Assembly (NCBI GenBank): GCA_033581555.1
Contig: JAVQSZ010000006.1
Span: 1 to 64,000 of the forward strand
DNA from: Nitrososphaerota archaeon
Lineage (GTDB): Archaea > Thermoproteota > Nitrososphaeria_A > Caldarchaeales > Calditenuaceae
Direction: 5' to 3'
DNA: 64,000 nt
The notes under the pieces were generated by a model. The model did not search any database, was not told where the DNA came from, and saw nothing but the letters and a program-made list of their open reading frames with translations. A program made the position numbers and the translations under genes. Position 1 is the first letter of the stretch; each line of letters starts with the position of its first letter. Of the stretch, positions 27,050 to 37,458 are shown piece after piece.

Positions 27050-29053
27050 ATGGCTTTACGGGGTGCTGCGGGCAGACGAGGAGGGGCATTGAACGATGGC
27101 ATCGCGAAGATAGCGCGGAGAGCGCTCAGGACGAGGCCCACCCCCGGCTTCAGGAGGTGCGAGGAGAACCCGATCCTGATCCCCACGAGGGGGATCTCCT
27201 GGGAGAGCTACGCAGTCTTCAACCCCTCAGTGGTGAGGAGGGGAAGGACCTACTACATGCTCTACAGGGCCATCTCTTCCTCCGAGTACCTCATCAGCAA
27301 GGGGACGACCATCAGTTCAATAGGGATCGCGAGGAGCAGAGACGGAATACACTTTCACTCGAGGAGGCGTTTCATCTACCCACAGCACGAGTGGGAGAGG
27401 TTCGGGTGCGAGGACCCGCGTGCAGTCTACTTCGAGGGCAAATACTACATCTTCTACACCGCGATATCGACGCTTCCTCCCACGGCCGACGGGATTAGGG
27501 TTGGAGTCGCGATCAGCAAGGACCTGAAGCGGGTCGAGGCGAAGTACCTGGTGACACCGTTCAACGCGAAGGCGATGGTCCTCTTCCCGAGGAGGATAGG
27601 CGGGAAGGTCACCGCGGTCCTGACGGTCCACACCGATAAACCTCCAGCGTACATCGCGATCGCGGAGCTCTCCGATGACCCTGCCAGGTGGAAGGAAGAC
27701 ATGGCCGAGTGGTACAGGAGCTACATGGACCACGTGATCAGGCCTGACCCGAGGAGGTCCGATCGTGACCACATCGAGGTCGGGGCGCCCCCGGTCGAGC
27801 TCGAGGACGGATGGCTCCTGATCTACAGCTACATCCAGAACTACTTCGGCGACCCGGGACCGAGGATCTTCGGCGTCGAGGCGCTCCTGCTGGACCTCGA
27901 CGACCCGAGGAAGGTCTTGAAGAAAACTACCTACCCCTTCATGACTCCTGAGGAGGTCTATGAGATCTTCGGGAACGTCCCGAGGGTCGTCTTCCCGACC
28001 TCGGCCCTGCTGGAGAGGAACACGGTCAAGCTGTACTACGGCGCCGCCGACACGACCTGCTGCTGCGCGACCGTACCCCTCAGCACCCTGAGGGCGATGA
28101 TGGACGGAGGCGTCTCCAAGGTCTTCAGGAGACACGAAGGGAACCCGGTGATAAGGCCCGACGGGAGGTACTGGTGGAGGAGCTTCGCGACCTTCAACCC
28201 GGGCGCGATCGAGCTGGAGGGGAAGATCTACGTCTTCTTCAGGGCTCTGTCGGGGGACCTGACATCGCGGATAGGCCTGGCGGTCACGGAGGACGGCCTG
28301 CACATCGACAGGATACTCGAGGACCCGGTCTACGTCCCGAGGATGCCCTTCGAGCAGAAGAGGGTGCCGGGGCTCTCGGGGTGCGAGGACCCGAGGCTCG
28401 TCAGGATCAACGACAGGGTCTACATGTTTTACACGGCCTTCGACGGGATGAACCCCCCGAGGGTCGCGGTGACCTCAATTCTGGTCAACGACCTCCTCAG
28501 CGGCGAGTGGAACTGGTCCGAGCCCGTCCTGGTCTCTCCGGAGGGCATCGACGACAAGAATGCCTGCGTCCTCCCCCAGCGGATCGACGGGAAGTACTTC
28601 TTCATTCACAGGCTCGGAGGGATCAACGTCGTCTACGATTACCTCAGCTCCCTCGAGCAGGTCGACCCCACCGAGCTCGTCTCCTCGAAGCTCCTGCCCG
28701 CGAGGCCCGGGATGTGGGACGGGAAGAAGGTCGGGATGAGTGCGCCGCCTATCAGGACGAAGGAAGGATGGCTCATGTTCTACCACGGCGTCTCGCACGA
28801 CAACGTCTACAGGGTCGGGGTCGCCTTGCTCGAAGAGAGGAGGCCCGAGCATGTGATCGCCAGGTCCGTCACATCAGTCCTCCAGCCTGAGGAGTGGTAC
28901 GAGAGGGAGGGCTTCGTGAACAACGTCGTCTTCCCGTGCGGCGCGGTCCTCAGGGACGACACCGTCTACCTCTACTACGGCGGAGCCGACAAGCACGTCT
29001 GCGTCGCGACCGCGCACCTCGACGACGTCCTGAGCGTCCTCTTCCCCGGGTGA
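27050..29053 (+). CDS. Tandem double-GH130 protein
   Basis: Two FNP..GCEDPR..VVFP..YYG(A/G)AD repeats. Confidence 0.9.
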   Translation: MALRGAAGRRGGALNDGIAKIARRALRTRPTPGFRRCEENPILIPTRGISWESYAVFNPSVVRRGRTYYMLYRAISSSEYLISKGTTISSIGIARSRDGIHFHSRRRFIYPQHEWERFGCEDPRAVYFEGKYYIFYTAISTLPPTADGIRVGVAISKDLKRVEAKYLVTPFNAKAMVLFPRRIGGKVTAVLTVHTDKPPAYIAIAELSDDPARWKEDMAEWYRSYMDHVIRPDPRRSDRDHIEVGAPPVELEDGWLLIYSYIQNYFGDPGPRIFGVEALLLDLDDPRKVLKKTTYPFMTPEEVYEIFGNVPRVVFPTSALLERNTVKLYYGAADTTCCCATVPLSTLRAMMDGGVSKVFRRHEGNPVIRPDGRYWWRSFATFNPGAIELEGKIYVFFRALSGDLTSRIGLAVTEDGLHIDRILEDPVYVPRMPFEQKRVPGLSGCEDPRLVRINDRVYMFYTAFDGMNPPRVAVTSILVNDLLSGEWNWSEPVLVSPEGIDDKNACVLPQRIDGKYFFIHRLGGINVVYDYLSSLEQVDPTELVSSKLLPARPGMWDGKKVGMSAPPIRTKEGWLMFYHGVSHDNVYRVGVALLEERRPEHVIARSVTSVLQPEEWYEREGFVNNVVFPCGAVLRDDTVYLYYGGADKHVCVATAHLDDVLSVLFPG

Positions 29054-29148
29054 CGAATCGCTCAGATCGCGAGCGCGGTACTCCCTTTATCCGCGTGAGC
29101 TGTAGTTCGGCGAACCCTTAAAGCGCGACCCCGGACTGAAGCGGAGGG

Positions 29149-30714
29149 ATGGCCGGTTACGAGCAGAGGTACGAGGTCGGGCCGGAGAGGCCCAACCTCA
29201 AGTTGAGCGGGTTCTTCAGGGACGCCTTCGCCGAGGGGGAGGACGGTCTTCCGGTCTTCAGGATGTACATCGACGGGAAGTGGGTCGAGGGCTCGAGCCG
29301 CGAGGTCTTCCCGGTCGACACCCCGATAGACGAGAGCGTGGTCGCATACGCCCAGAAGGGAAACTCTACCGACGTGAACCTCGCGGTAGCGGCTGCGAAG
29401 GTCGCGAGGCCCTCGATACGCAACATCGCTGCGATAGACAGGATCGAGATGTTCCACGAGTGCGCGGACCTGATCGAGCGGTACAAGCAGGACTTCGTCG
29501 ACGTCCTGGTGATCGAGGGAGGGAAGACTAGGAGGGACGCGGAGGGCGAGGTCTCCGCGGTCGCGGAGAGGATGAGGATGACGATGGAGGACATTTCGAA
29601 GGTCACCGGGGAGTACAGGCCTGGTGACTGGTCGGCCGACACCCGGGGAAAGATCGCGATCGTACTGAGGGAGCCCGTGGGCACAGTCGGGGCGATAGGG
29701 CCCTTCAACTACCCTCTCTTCATCCCGGCCGCGAAGGTGATCCCCGCGATACTCTCGGGGAACACGGTCGTCGTGAAGCCGTCCAGCGAGACGCCGCTCA
29801 GCCAGCTGCTCCTCGCGAGGGTCTTCGATGAGGTCGGTCTCCCGAGGGGCGTCCTGAACGTAGTCACGGGCCCCGGGAGCATAGGCTCGAAGATCGCGGA
29901 GCACGACGACGTCGGCATGATCTCCTTCACGGGGAGCACGGAGGTCGGTAAGGAGGTCGCTAGGAGGGCGGCGGGGAAGAGCCTCCACCTCGAGCTAGGA
30001 GGGAAGGCCTACGCGATCGTGCTGGAGGACGCGGACCTCCCTCTCGCGGCCAGCAAGTGCGTGATGGGATCCCTGAGGAACGCGGGGCAGAGGTGCGACG
30101 CCGTCAGCGCTATCCTGGTGGTCGAGAGCGTGGCCGACAGGTTCGTGGAGGAGGTGCTCAGAGTGATAGACGGGATACGGTTCGGGGACCCGAGGCTAGA
30201 CGGGGTCGACGTCGGCCCACTGATCAACAGGGCGGCCGCGGAGAGGGTGAACGCGCTGGTGAGGGACGCGGTAGAACGGGGCGCGAAGCTCCTGAGGGGA
30301 GGAAGGTACAACGGGTGCTACCACGAGCCGACTGTATTAGACCACGTGCCCCGCGACGCCAGGATCCTCTGGGAGGAGACGTTCGGGCCGGTCGTGACGA
30401 TAGCCAGGGTCAGGGACGAGGACGACGCGCTCTCGATCGTCTCGAGGAGCAGGTACGGGCTGGACTCCTGCGTCTTCACGAACAACTTCTACAGGATTTG
30501 GAGGATAGCGAAGGCCGTCCAGGCCGGTTCGGTGACCGTCAACGACTTCCCCAGGCACGGCGTCGGGTACTTCCCGTTCGGAGGCGTCAAGGACTCGGGA
30601 CTGGGGAGGGAGGGGATAGGCTACTCGATCGAGGAAATGATGGTCCTTAAGACGATAGTGATCAACCTGGAGCCCGCGAAGCTCGGGAAGGCCGAGAGGC
30701 CGAAGAAGCGTTGA
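29149..30714 (+). CDS. gapN: Non-phosphorylating glyceraldehyde-3-phosphate dehydrogenase (ALDH family)
   Basis: PFNYP, FTGS, LELGGK, GQRC, RHGVGYFPFGG as in archaeal GAPN. Confidence 0.85.
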   Translation: MAGYEQRYEVGPERPNLKLSGFFRDAFAEGEDGLPVFRMYIDGKWVEGSSREVFPVDTPIDESVVAYAQKGNSTDVNLAVAAAKVARPSIRNIAAIDRIEMFHECADLIERYKQDFVDVLVIEGGKTRRDAEGEVSAVAERMRMTMEDISKVTGEYRPGDWSADTRGKIAIVLREPVGTVGAIGPFNYPLFIPAAKVIPAILSGNTVVVKPSSETPLSQLLLARVFDEVGLPRGVLNVVTGPGSIGSKIAEHDDVGMISFTGSTEVGKEVARRAAGKSLHLELGGKAYAIVLEDADLPLAASKCVMGSLRNAGQRCDAVSAILVVESVADRFVEEVLRVIDGIRFGDPRLDGVDVGPLINRAAAERVNALVRDAVERGAKLLRGGRYNGCYHEPTVLDHVPRDARILWEETFGPVVTIARVRDEDDALSIVSRSRYGLDSCVFTNNFYRIWRIAKAVQAGSVTVNDFPRHGVGYFPFGGVKDSGLGREGIGYSIEEMMVLKTIVINLEPAKLGKAERPKKR

Positions 30715-30729
30715 CCGCCTCGGACCGCC

Positions 30730-31641
30730 TCAAGCCTCGAGGAGCCTCCCTATCACTTCGTGTTTCGGGAGCGGCGCCAAGTCCTTCAGCTCCTGCCCGA
30801 CGCCGACGAAGAGGATCGGCTTCCTGATCGCGTAGCAGACCGATATCGCTGTCCCGCCCTTAACGTCGCTGTCCAGCTTGGTGAGCACGACGTAGTCCAC
30901 GCCGACGTAGGAGTCGAACTGCCTCGCCTGCTCGACGGCCACGTTCCCTGCCAGCGCGTCGACGACGTAGATCACCCTCCTCGGCTGGGCGACCCTCTTG
31001 ATCTTCTTCATCTCCTCGAGGAGGTTCCTGTTGAGCTCCGTCCTCCCGGCCGTGTCTATCAGGACTGCGGGCACGCCGTGGGCCTTCGCGCTGACGATCG
31101 AGTCCACCGCCACGGCCGCGGGGTCGGCGCCGTACCTGTGGCTGACGCACCTGACGCCGACCCTCTCCGCGAGGAACCTCATCTGCTCGATCGCGGCCGC
31201 CCTGAACGTATCTGCACAGGCTATGACCGAGGGGATGGAGTTCGACTTGAGGAAGTTGGCGATCTTCGCGACCGTCGTCGTCTTCCCGCCGCCGTTCGGC
31301 CCGACGAAGAGTATCGGAAAGGGCTCGCCTGTGGAGGCGTGGTGGGCCTTGACCTCCTTCACCAGCTCGAGGGGGTCGGCGTCGAGGAGGACCGACTCGA
31401 GGGCGCCCCTCAGGGCCTCGAGGACCGCGGCCCTCCTGTCGGAGAACCTGGGCAGCCTCCTCCTCCTGAGACTCTCGCTGAGGGCGCTTACGATCGACTC
31501 GGCGGCCTCGAAGGACACCTCGTTCGCGACCAGCTGGACCTTGAGCTCGTCGAGGACCTCCGCGAGCTTAGACTCCGAGAGCTCCTCGGTCGTCAGCCTT
31601 TCGACAGCGACCCGGAGGGCCCTCCTAAGTCCCTCGAGCAC
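30730..31641 (-). CDS. ftsY: SRP receptor FtsY
   Basis: GPNGGGKTT, DTFRAAA, DTAGR, TKLD, GVGQ. Confidence 0.95.
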   Translation of the reverse strand: MLEGLRRALRVAVERLTTEELSESKLAEVLDELKVQLVANEVSFEAAESIVSALSESLRRRRLPRFSDRRAAVLEALRGALESVLLDADPLELVKEVKAHHASTGEPFPILFVGPNGGGKTTTVAKIANFLKSNSIPSVIACADTFRAAAIEQMRFLAERVGVRCVSHRYGADPAAVAVDSIVSAKAHGVPAVLIDTAGRTELNRNLLEEMKKIKRVAQPRRVIYVVDALAGNVAVEQARQFDSYVGVDYVVLTKLDSDVKGGTAISVCYAIRKPILFVGVGQELKDLAPLPKHEVIGRLLEA

Positions 31642-32113
31642 CTCCTGACCCCTCTCGGGCCGCGCCCCCCGCAGCGATCGCCTGTTGGACCGAGACCAGC
31701 AACCTCCTGAGGAGCTCGGCCCTCTCCGTGTAGGCGTTCAGCAGCTGGACGAGCTGGGCCCTGTTCCTCTCCAGCACCGCCTTCCTCTCGCTGATTATCC
31801 TCCTGCACCTCTCGACCGGCGCGTCGAGGACCACGTTCTGCCCTATCCCGACCTTCATCCTCCCCGCGAACGAGACGTCGGTCTCGAGGAGGGAGCCTCC
31901 CCCAATGGAGAAGAGGACTCTGTGCTGGCCCGGGTTGCTGGTGAGGAAGTCGATCAGCTGGAGGGCCCTCTCGTGGTCGAGTATCGATGCGTTGAGCGCC
32001 GCTATCCTCGCTTGGAGGTCCGGTATCAGCTGCTCCAAGACGGCCAGCTCGTCCAAGGCCCTCTGCAGGTCCTCCTGCGTCACCCTGACCGACACTCCGT
32101 TCACCGGCCTCAT
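31625..32113 (-). CDS. pfdA: Prefoldin alpha subunit
   Basis: Coiled coils flanking SIGGG..VGIG hairpins; upstream of ftsY. Confidence 0.8.
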   Translation of the reverse strand: MRPVNGVSVRVTQEDLQRALDELAVLEQLIPDLQARIAALNASILDHERALQLIDFLTSNPGQHRVLFSIGGGSLLETDVSFAGRMKVGIGQNVVLDAPVERCRRIISERKAVLERNRAQLVQLLNAYTERAELLRRLLVSVQQAIAAGGAAREGSGGARGT

Positions 32114-32227
32114 CTCGATTTCCCGCCCTTGCTATAAGATTGATGGCCGCCGGTCCTCAAGGGCACATCGCTTCCGGCTCTTGGTTAAATAGGGGCTGAT
32201 GGAAGGCGGTGCGGTGCCCGGAATATT

Positions 32228-33655
32228 GTGCTCCGAGTGTACAACAGTCTGACCAGGAGGGTCGAGGAGTTCAGGCCTCTGAGGGACAACAGGGTAAAGA
32301 TGTACGTCTGCGGTCCGACGGTCTACGACTACGCGCACATAGGCCACGCGAGGACCTACGTCTCCTACGACTTCCTCGCCAGGTACCTCAGGGGCGCGGG
32401 CTACTCGCTCTTCTACCTGATGAACATCACCGACGTCGACGACAAGATCATACAGAGGGCAGCGGAGAGGGGAGTCCACCCACTCGAGCTGGCGAAGGAG
32501 TTCGAGGGGTACTTCATGGAGGACCTGAAGGACCTGAGGATAGAGAGCGTCAACCTCTTCGCGAGGGCCTCCGAGCACATCGAGGAGATCATCCAGCTGA
32601 TCCGGAAGCTGCTGGAGAAAGGGTTCGCCTACGAGACCAGCACCGGCGTCTACTTCGACACGGAGGCCTTCGGGCCCTACGGTGAGCTCTCGGGGAGGGA
32701 GCCGGAGGAGCTGAGCGTCCACAGGATCGAGCCTGACCCGACGAAGAGGAGGCCTCAGGACTTCGCGCTCTGGAAGCTGAGGCCCGAGACCGAGCTCGGA
32801 TGGGACTCGCCCTGGGGATACGGGAGGCCGGGATGGCACATCGAGGACACCGCGATCATCCTGACCTACTTCGGGCCCCAGCTGGACGTCCACGGAGGCG
32901 CGATCGAGCTGATCTTCCCCCACCACGAGGCCGAGAGGGCCCAGGCGGAGGCCGCGACCGGAGTCTCGCCCTTCTCGAGGTTCTGGATTCACACGGGCCT
33001 CCTGACGGTCGGGGGCGAGAAGATGTCCAAGTCCCTCGGGAACATCATCTCGATCAGGGACGTCCTGAGGAGGTACACCGCGGAGGAGCTCAGGTACCTC
33101 TATGCCTCCTCGCACTACAGGAGCCCGGTCGAGTTCAGCTGGGAGAACCTGGACGCGGCCTCGAGGGCCCTCGAGGGGATAGTCTCGGTCCTGCAGGAGT
33201 TCAGGAGCAGGGCCGTCGTCCAAGAGGAACTCGACGAGGATGGGAGGAGAACGCTCGGGGAGCTGAGGTCGAGCGGTTCGAGGTTCATCTCGGCGCTTGA
33301 GGACGACCTGAACACGCCCCAGGCAGTCTCGGCGCTCCACGAGGGCACCAAGGCCATCGCGAGGTACCTCGAGTCCCACGACGCGGTTCCGCAGGAGATG
33401 AGGGCCGAGGCCGAGGCCTTCTACGCGACGGTCGACTCGTTGCTGGGCGTGCTGCCCTCCGGACGCGTGAGGGGCGACGAGCTGCTCGGGGACGTGCTCT
33501 CGCTGCTGCTGGACGTGAGGGAGAGGCTCAGGTCCGAGAGACGGTTCGAGCTCGCCGACGCGATCAGGTCCGGCCTCTCGTCGATCGGCATTAGGGTCGA
33601 GGACACCGCGTCGGGTCCCCGCTGGAGGTTCGCCGGCAGACGTGTACTACGCTAG
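32228..33655 (+). CDS. cysS: Cysteine--tRNA ligase
   Basis: CGPTVY, HIGH, GRPGWHIE, FPHHE, KMSKS. Confidence 0.97.
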   Translation: MLRVYNSLTRRVEEFRPLRDNRVKMYVCGPTVYDYAHIGHARTYVSYDFLARYLRGAGYSLFYLMNITDVDDKIIQRAAERGVHPLELAKEFEGYFMEDLKDLRIESVNLFARASEHIEEIIQLIRKLLEKGFAYETSTGVYFDTEAFGPYGELSGREPEELSVHRIEPDPTKRRPQDFALWKLRPETELGWDSPWGYGRPGWHIEDTAIILTYFGPQLDVHGGAIELIFPHHEAERAQAEAATGVSPFSRFWIHTGLLTVGGEKMSKSLGNIISIRDVLRRYTAEELRYLYASSHYRSPVEFSWENLDAASRALEGIVSVLQEFRSRAVVQEELDEDGRRTLGELRSSGSRFISALEDDLNTPQAVSALHEGTKAIARYLESHDAVPQEMRAEAEAFYATVDSLLGVLPSGRVRGDELLGDVLSLLLDVRERLRSERRFELADAIRSGLSSIGIRVEDTASGPRWRFAGRRVLR

Positions 33656-33755
33656 TAAACCCAAAAGTTGTCGGATGGAAAGACTTAATACCGAGTAACC
33701 CTTATCTCTCCATGATGGGATCAAATAAAAATTCGGTCCGGGGTGGGATAAAGGC

Positions 33756-34700
33756 ATGAGCGGTCGCGTCAGGGCCTGGAGGGAGGACCTGATGTGCCCC
33801 GAGTGCGGGAGCACGAGGCTCGTCTCAGACCCCATGACCGGGGAGGTGAGCTGCGAGGAGTGCGGGGCCGTGGTCGTCGAGAAGGGCGTGAACAGGGGCC
33901 CGGAGTGGAGGGGCGCGGAGGAGGGAGAGGAGAGCAGGGCGAGGGCAGGTGCTCCGCTCTCGATCATGTACAAGGACTTCGGGCTCTCGACGGTGATCGA
34001 CAAGACCAGCGAGGACGCGGGGGGCAGGAGGCTCCCGAAGGAGGCGAGGGAGAAGATGCTGAGGCTGAAGAAGCTCGACCAGACCTCGCAGGTCAACGCC
34101 TCCGAGACCCGGAACCTCCAGCAGGCCGCTAACATCCTCGGGATCTACATGGACAAGCTGAACCTGCCGCAGGCCGTCGCAGAGCAGGCGATGCTGATCT
34201 ACAGGAAGGCGCTGAAGGCGGGACTGGTCAGGGGCAGGTCGATCAGGAGCATCATGGCCGCGGCGATCTACGCGGCCTGCAGGCTCAACGGCATCCCCAG
34301 GGACCTCAGGGAGTTCGAGAAGGCCTACCCGCTGGTGAAGAGGAAGACGATCGCCCAGGGGTACAGGCTGATGCTGAAGCACCTGAACATCAGGGTCCCG
34401 GTCACCGACCCGACGATCTACGTCTCTAAGATCGCGGCGAAGGTCAACGTCGACGAGAGGACCGTACAGGAGGCGGTGAGGATCCTCGCCGAGGCCGCGA
34501 AGAGGGGCGCGACGATCGGGAAGGACCCCGTAGGGATAGCAGCCGCCGCGCTCTACATGGCCTGCCAGGAGACGATGCAGAACGTCACCCAGAAGGACAT
34601 CGCGAGGGCCGCGGGCGTCACGGAGGTCACCGTGAGGAACAGGTTCAAGGGCCTGAAGGAGGTCCTAGAGGGCCCGGCTAAGGCCGAAGTCCAGGGTTGA
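33756..34700 (+). CDS. tfb: Transcription initiation factor B
   Basis: CPECG..CEECG Zn ribbon, GPEWR, two cyclin repeats, GVTEVTVRNR. Confidence 0.96.
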   Translation: MSGRVRAWREDLMCPECGSTRLVSDPMTGEVSCEECGAVVVEKGVNRGPEWRGAEEGEESRARAGAPLSIMYKDFGLSTVIDKTSEDAGGRRLPKEAREKMLRLKKLDQTSQVNASETRNLQQAANILGIYMDKLNLPQAVAEQAMLIYRKALKAGLVRGRSIRSIMAAAIYAACRLNGIPRDLREFEKAYPLVKRKTIAQGYRLMLKHLNIRVPVTDPTIYVSKIAAKVNVDERTVQEAVRILAEAAKRGATIGKDPVGIAAAALYMACQETMQNVTQKDIARAAGVTEVTVRNRFKGLKEVLEGPAKAEVQG

Positions 34701-34853
34701 TCGGGTTCGGAAGGCCTCACGGCCTCCTCTCACCCACTCGAGCTGACGCCCTTTACGCCTTTTCGCTGACCTCGTATTACCCAAACGCTCCGGAGCCGGG
34801 AAGACTCATCGGGGACGTTCCCGGGGTGAAGCTATAAGAGAGTGTGAGAGCGG

Positions 34854-36026
34854 GTGACGTGGGATAACAACGTGATGCAGCCCAAGTTGGTGTTGGCCGC
34901 GGCTCCAGGCACGGGACAGCTGGAGGACTCGACGCTGTTCATGCTCTTCTGGTTCCTGTTCATCATGCTATCGTTCTTCTTCTATCCGATACTCGGGCAG
35001 AGGATGCAGCTGATCAACATCCTTAGGGATATCGACAGGAAGCTCTACAGGCTCAAGGTGATGAGGGACGACGTCAGGTCCCGGACGATAGCCGCCATTA
35101 AGCAGAGCGGCAACAACGAGTCGGAGGAGGAGATCGGGAAGAAGTTGGACGTCCTCCTGGACTACTTCTACATAGCCCCCGAGTCGATGGACCCGTACGG
35201 CGTCGTCTACAAGCTGGAGCACATCCTCAACATTGGCGAGAACAGGTTCGAGGATCAGGTCGCGTCATTGGTGAGGACCGAGGACCGTGACAGGCTCAAG
35301 ACCCTCACGAACCTCGTCGAGGTCGCGAGGGCCATGAACGTCATCTACAGGGTCGTGAGGCACTACTACCTCTTGGGCAGGAAGACCGCCAACTACTTCA
35401 TCGCTCTCCAGATCCAGATGCAGCTCCCTATAATCATGGAGCTCGCGGAGGCGTACAGGCAGGCCTCTTTCGCCTTCTACAACGGCCAGCCCATCGGGGA
35501 CGGAGCCGGGGTCTTGGTCGCGGCGAAGTTCGCGAGGGAGATAAACGCGGTCCCGGTCGACGAGAGCGTGAAGGACACGGTCGTGCTGCTGGGACAGTTC
35601 GAGGGTAGGAAGGTCTACGTCGTCAGGGCTAAGGGCCCCGGAGGGACGGTCGGGAGGCCAGGGGACGCGGTGAAGAAGGTCATCGAGACCGAGGGGAGGG
35701 TGGACCTCGTGGTGACGATCGACGCGGCGCTGAAGCTCGAGGGCGAGGAGACCGGGAAGGTGGCTGAGGGGGTCGGCGTGGCGATCGGCGGCCCGGGGAT
35801 CGACAAGTTCAAGATCGAGACGATAGCGAAGGACAGGGGCGTACCGCTCTACGCCTACGTGATCTTCCAGTCGATCGGTGAGGCGATAACCCCGATGAAG
35901 GAGTCGATAGCGAAGGCGAGTGATGTCATACTGACGAAGCTCAAGGAGACGATAAGGAAGAACGTCCCGGAGAACGGGACGGTCGTCGTCGCGGGGATCG
36001 GGAACACCGTCGGCATAGGGATGTAG
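34854..36026 (+). CDS. DUF1512 family membrane protein
   Basis: N-terminal TM, DPYG, PIGDGAG, GPGG.VG.PG, IDAALKLEGE, GIGNT.GIG. Confidence 0.85.
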   Translation: MTWDNNVMQPKLVLAAAPGTGQLEDSTLFMLFWFLFIMLSFFFYPILGQRMQLINILRDIDRKLYRLKVMRDDVRSRTIAAIKQSGNNESEEEIGKKLDVLLDYFYIAPESMDPYGVVYKLEHILNIGENRFEDQVASLVRTEDRDRLKTLTNLVEVARAMNVIYRVVRHYYLLGRKTANYFIALQIQMQLPIIMELAEAYRQASFAFYNGQPIGDGAGVLVAAKFAREINAVPVDESVKDTVVLLGQFEGRKVYVVRAKGPGGTVGRPGDAVKKVIETEGRVDLVVTIDAALKLEGEETGKVAEGVGVAIGGPGIDKFKIETIAKDRGVPLYAYVIFQSIGEAITPMKESIAKASDVILTKLKETIRKNVPENGTVVVAGIGNTVGIGM

Positions 36027-36036
36027 CGGCGCCCCT

Positions 36037-37125
36037 CTAGGTCCGCTTGAGCCTGGGCGCGACCCTCTGGTTATACCACTCGAGGAGGGGCCCGTGGAGG
36101 ACGTAGGCAGCTCTCCCTAGGTCCCTCAAGTCCCTCGATCCGGTCAGCATCATCGCGACCCTCAGCTCCGAACGCACCCTCTGCGCCAGCCTGACCACCG
36201 AGTCCGGGCCCTCCAGCGCGGCGAGGAGGAAGGGCCTCGCCATCCCTGCCATCTCGGCTCCTAAGGCGATCAACTTCGCGACCTCGAGGCCGTTCCTGAT
36301 GCCACCCGACCCGACGACCTCGACCCCATCGACGCAGGACGACTCGAGGACCGATGCGGCCGTGGGTATCCCCCACTCCCTGTAGAGCTCCGCGAGCACC
36401 GCCCTCTCCTCATCCCCCGCCTCGAGGGCCCTCCTCCTCTCGATCTCGGTCCAGTTGGTGCCCCCGGACCCCGCGACGTCGACCGCGGCCACCCCGACCT
36501 CCCTCAGGAGGACCACGTCCTCGTAGCTGAGCCCGCACCCGACCTCCTTGACGATCACCGGCACGCCGACCTCCTCGACCGTCCTCTCGAGGCTCCTGAG
36601 GACGCCCGCGAAGGACGCGTCGCCTCCCGGCTGGACGAGCTCCTGCAGGACGTTGACGTGCACCGCGAGCGCGTTGGCCTCGAGCATCTCGACGGCCTTA
36701 GCCGCGAAAGAAGGCCCCTCCCTCGCCAGCTGCGCGGCCCCTACGTTCGCGATCAGGAAGACGTCGGGCCCGACCTCCCTCGCGACCGTGAAGCTCCTCC
36801 TGACGCTGGGGTCTACTATCCCGGCCCTCTGGCTCCCCACGCCGAGTGGTATCCCCAGGGACTGGGCGGCCCTCGCGAGGGCCTCGTTGATCCTCATGGC
36901 CTCGCCGGTCCCCCCGGTCATCCCCTCTATCAGCAGGGGCATCGAGAAGTTCCTCCCGAGGAAGGAGCACTCCGTGTCGATCTCTTCCAGCGAGAGCTCC
37001 GGCACCGCCCTGTGGACCAGCTCGACGTGCTCCAACCAGTTGGTCTTCCGGTACTCAACGTCGCCTCCCGCAGCGATCCTGATGTGGTCGCTCTTCCTCC
37101 TGCTCAGCTCCTCCGGCAAAATCAC
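36037..37125 (-). CDS. fni: Type 2 isopentenyl-diphosphate isomerase
   Basis: RKSDH, MTGG, GSQR, KEVG.G, GGTNW, GGIR. Confidence 0.95.
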   Translation of the reverse strand: MILPEELSRRKSDHIRIAAGGDVEYRKTNWLEHVELVHRAVPELSLEEIDTECSFLGRNFSMPLLIEGMTGGTGEAMRINEALARAAQSLGIPLGVGSQRAGIVDPSVRRSFTVAREVGPDVFLIANVGAAQLAREGPSFAAKAVEMLEANALAVHVNVLQELVQPGGDASFAGVLRSLERTVEEVGVPVIVKEVGCGLSYEDVVLLREVGVAAVDVAGSGGTNWTEIERRRALEAGDEERAVLAELYREWGIPTAASVLESSCVDGVEVVGSGGIRNGLEVAKLIALGAEMAGMARPFLLAALEGPDSVVRLAQRVRSELRVAMMLTGSRDLRDLGRAAYVLHGPLLEWYNQRVAPRLKRT

Positions 37126-37346
37126 TGCACCGGCGCCTCGCCGCCGGCCTCGCCCTTAGCGGAGAGGCGGGCGAGCCTCGTCAAGTACCCAGCGACCTTG
37201 TTCCTGAACTTCTTGGAGACCTGGCCCCTAAGGACCCGACCCACCAGCAGCTTGTTCTCCTCGTAGGAGGTCGAGACCCTGCCCCCGAGGGCCTCCATGA
37301 TCTCCCTCGCGGCCCTCTTCACCTTCGCCGTCCTGATCTTACCCAT
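37122..37346 (-). CDS. rps17e: 30S ribosomal protein S17e
   Basis: MGKIRTAKVKR, NK, SKKFRNKVAGYLT. Confidence 0.93.
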   Translation of the reverse strand: MGKIRTAKVKRAAREIMEALGGRVSTSYEENKLLVGRVLRGQVSKKFRNKVAGYLTRLARLSAKGEAGGEAPVQ

Positions 37347-37458
37347 TCCCGAGTTGCTCCGGGGCTCGGGTCGCATTTATCGGTATCACGGGCCTCTCCG
37401 TACGAGGTCAAGCGTCGCGGAGCAGGATTTTATAGGCGCCAGGTATTTGAGGGCTCGA

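Noticed and set aside
34742-34783. Minus strand resembles 16S rRNA pieces (GGTAATACG..GGCGTAAAG); plus strand has two GCTGAC copies, suggesting a C/D guide
   Set aside because: Matches are short, wrongly spaced and bacterial-like; no C box (RUGAUGA); probably chance
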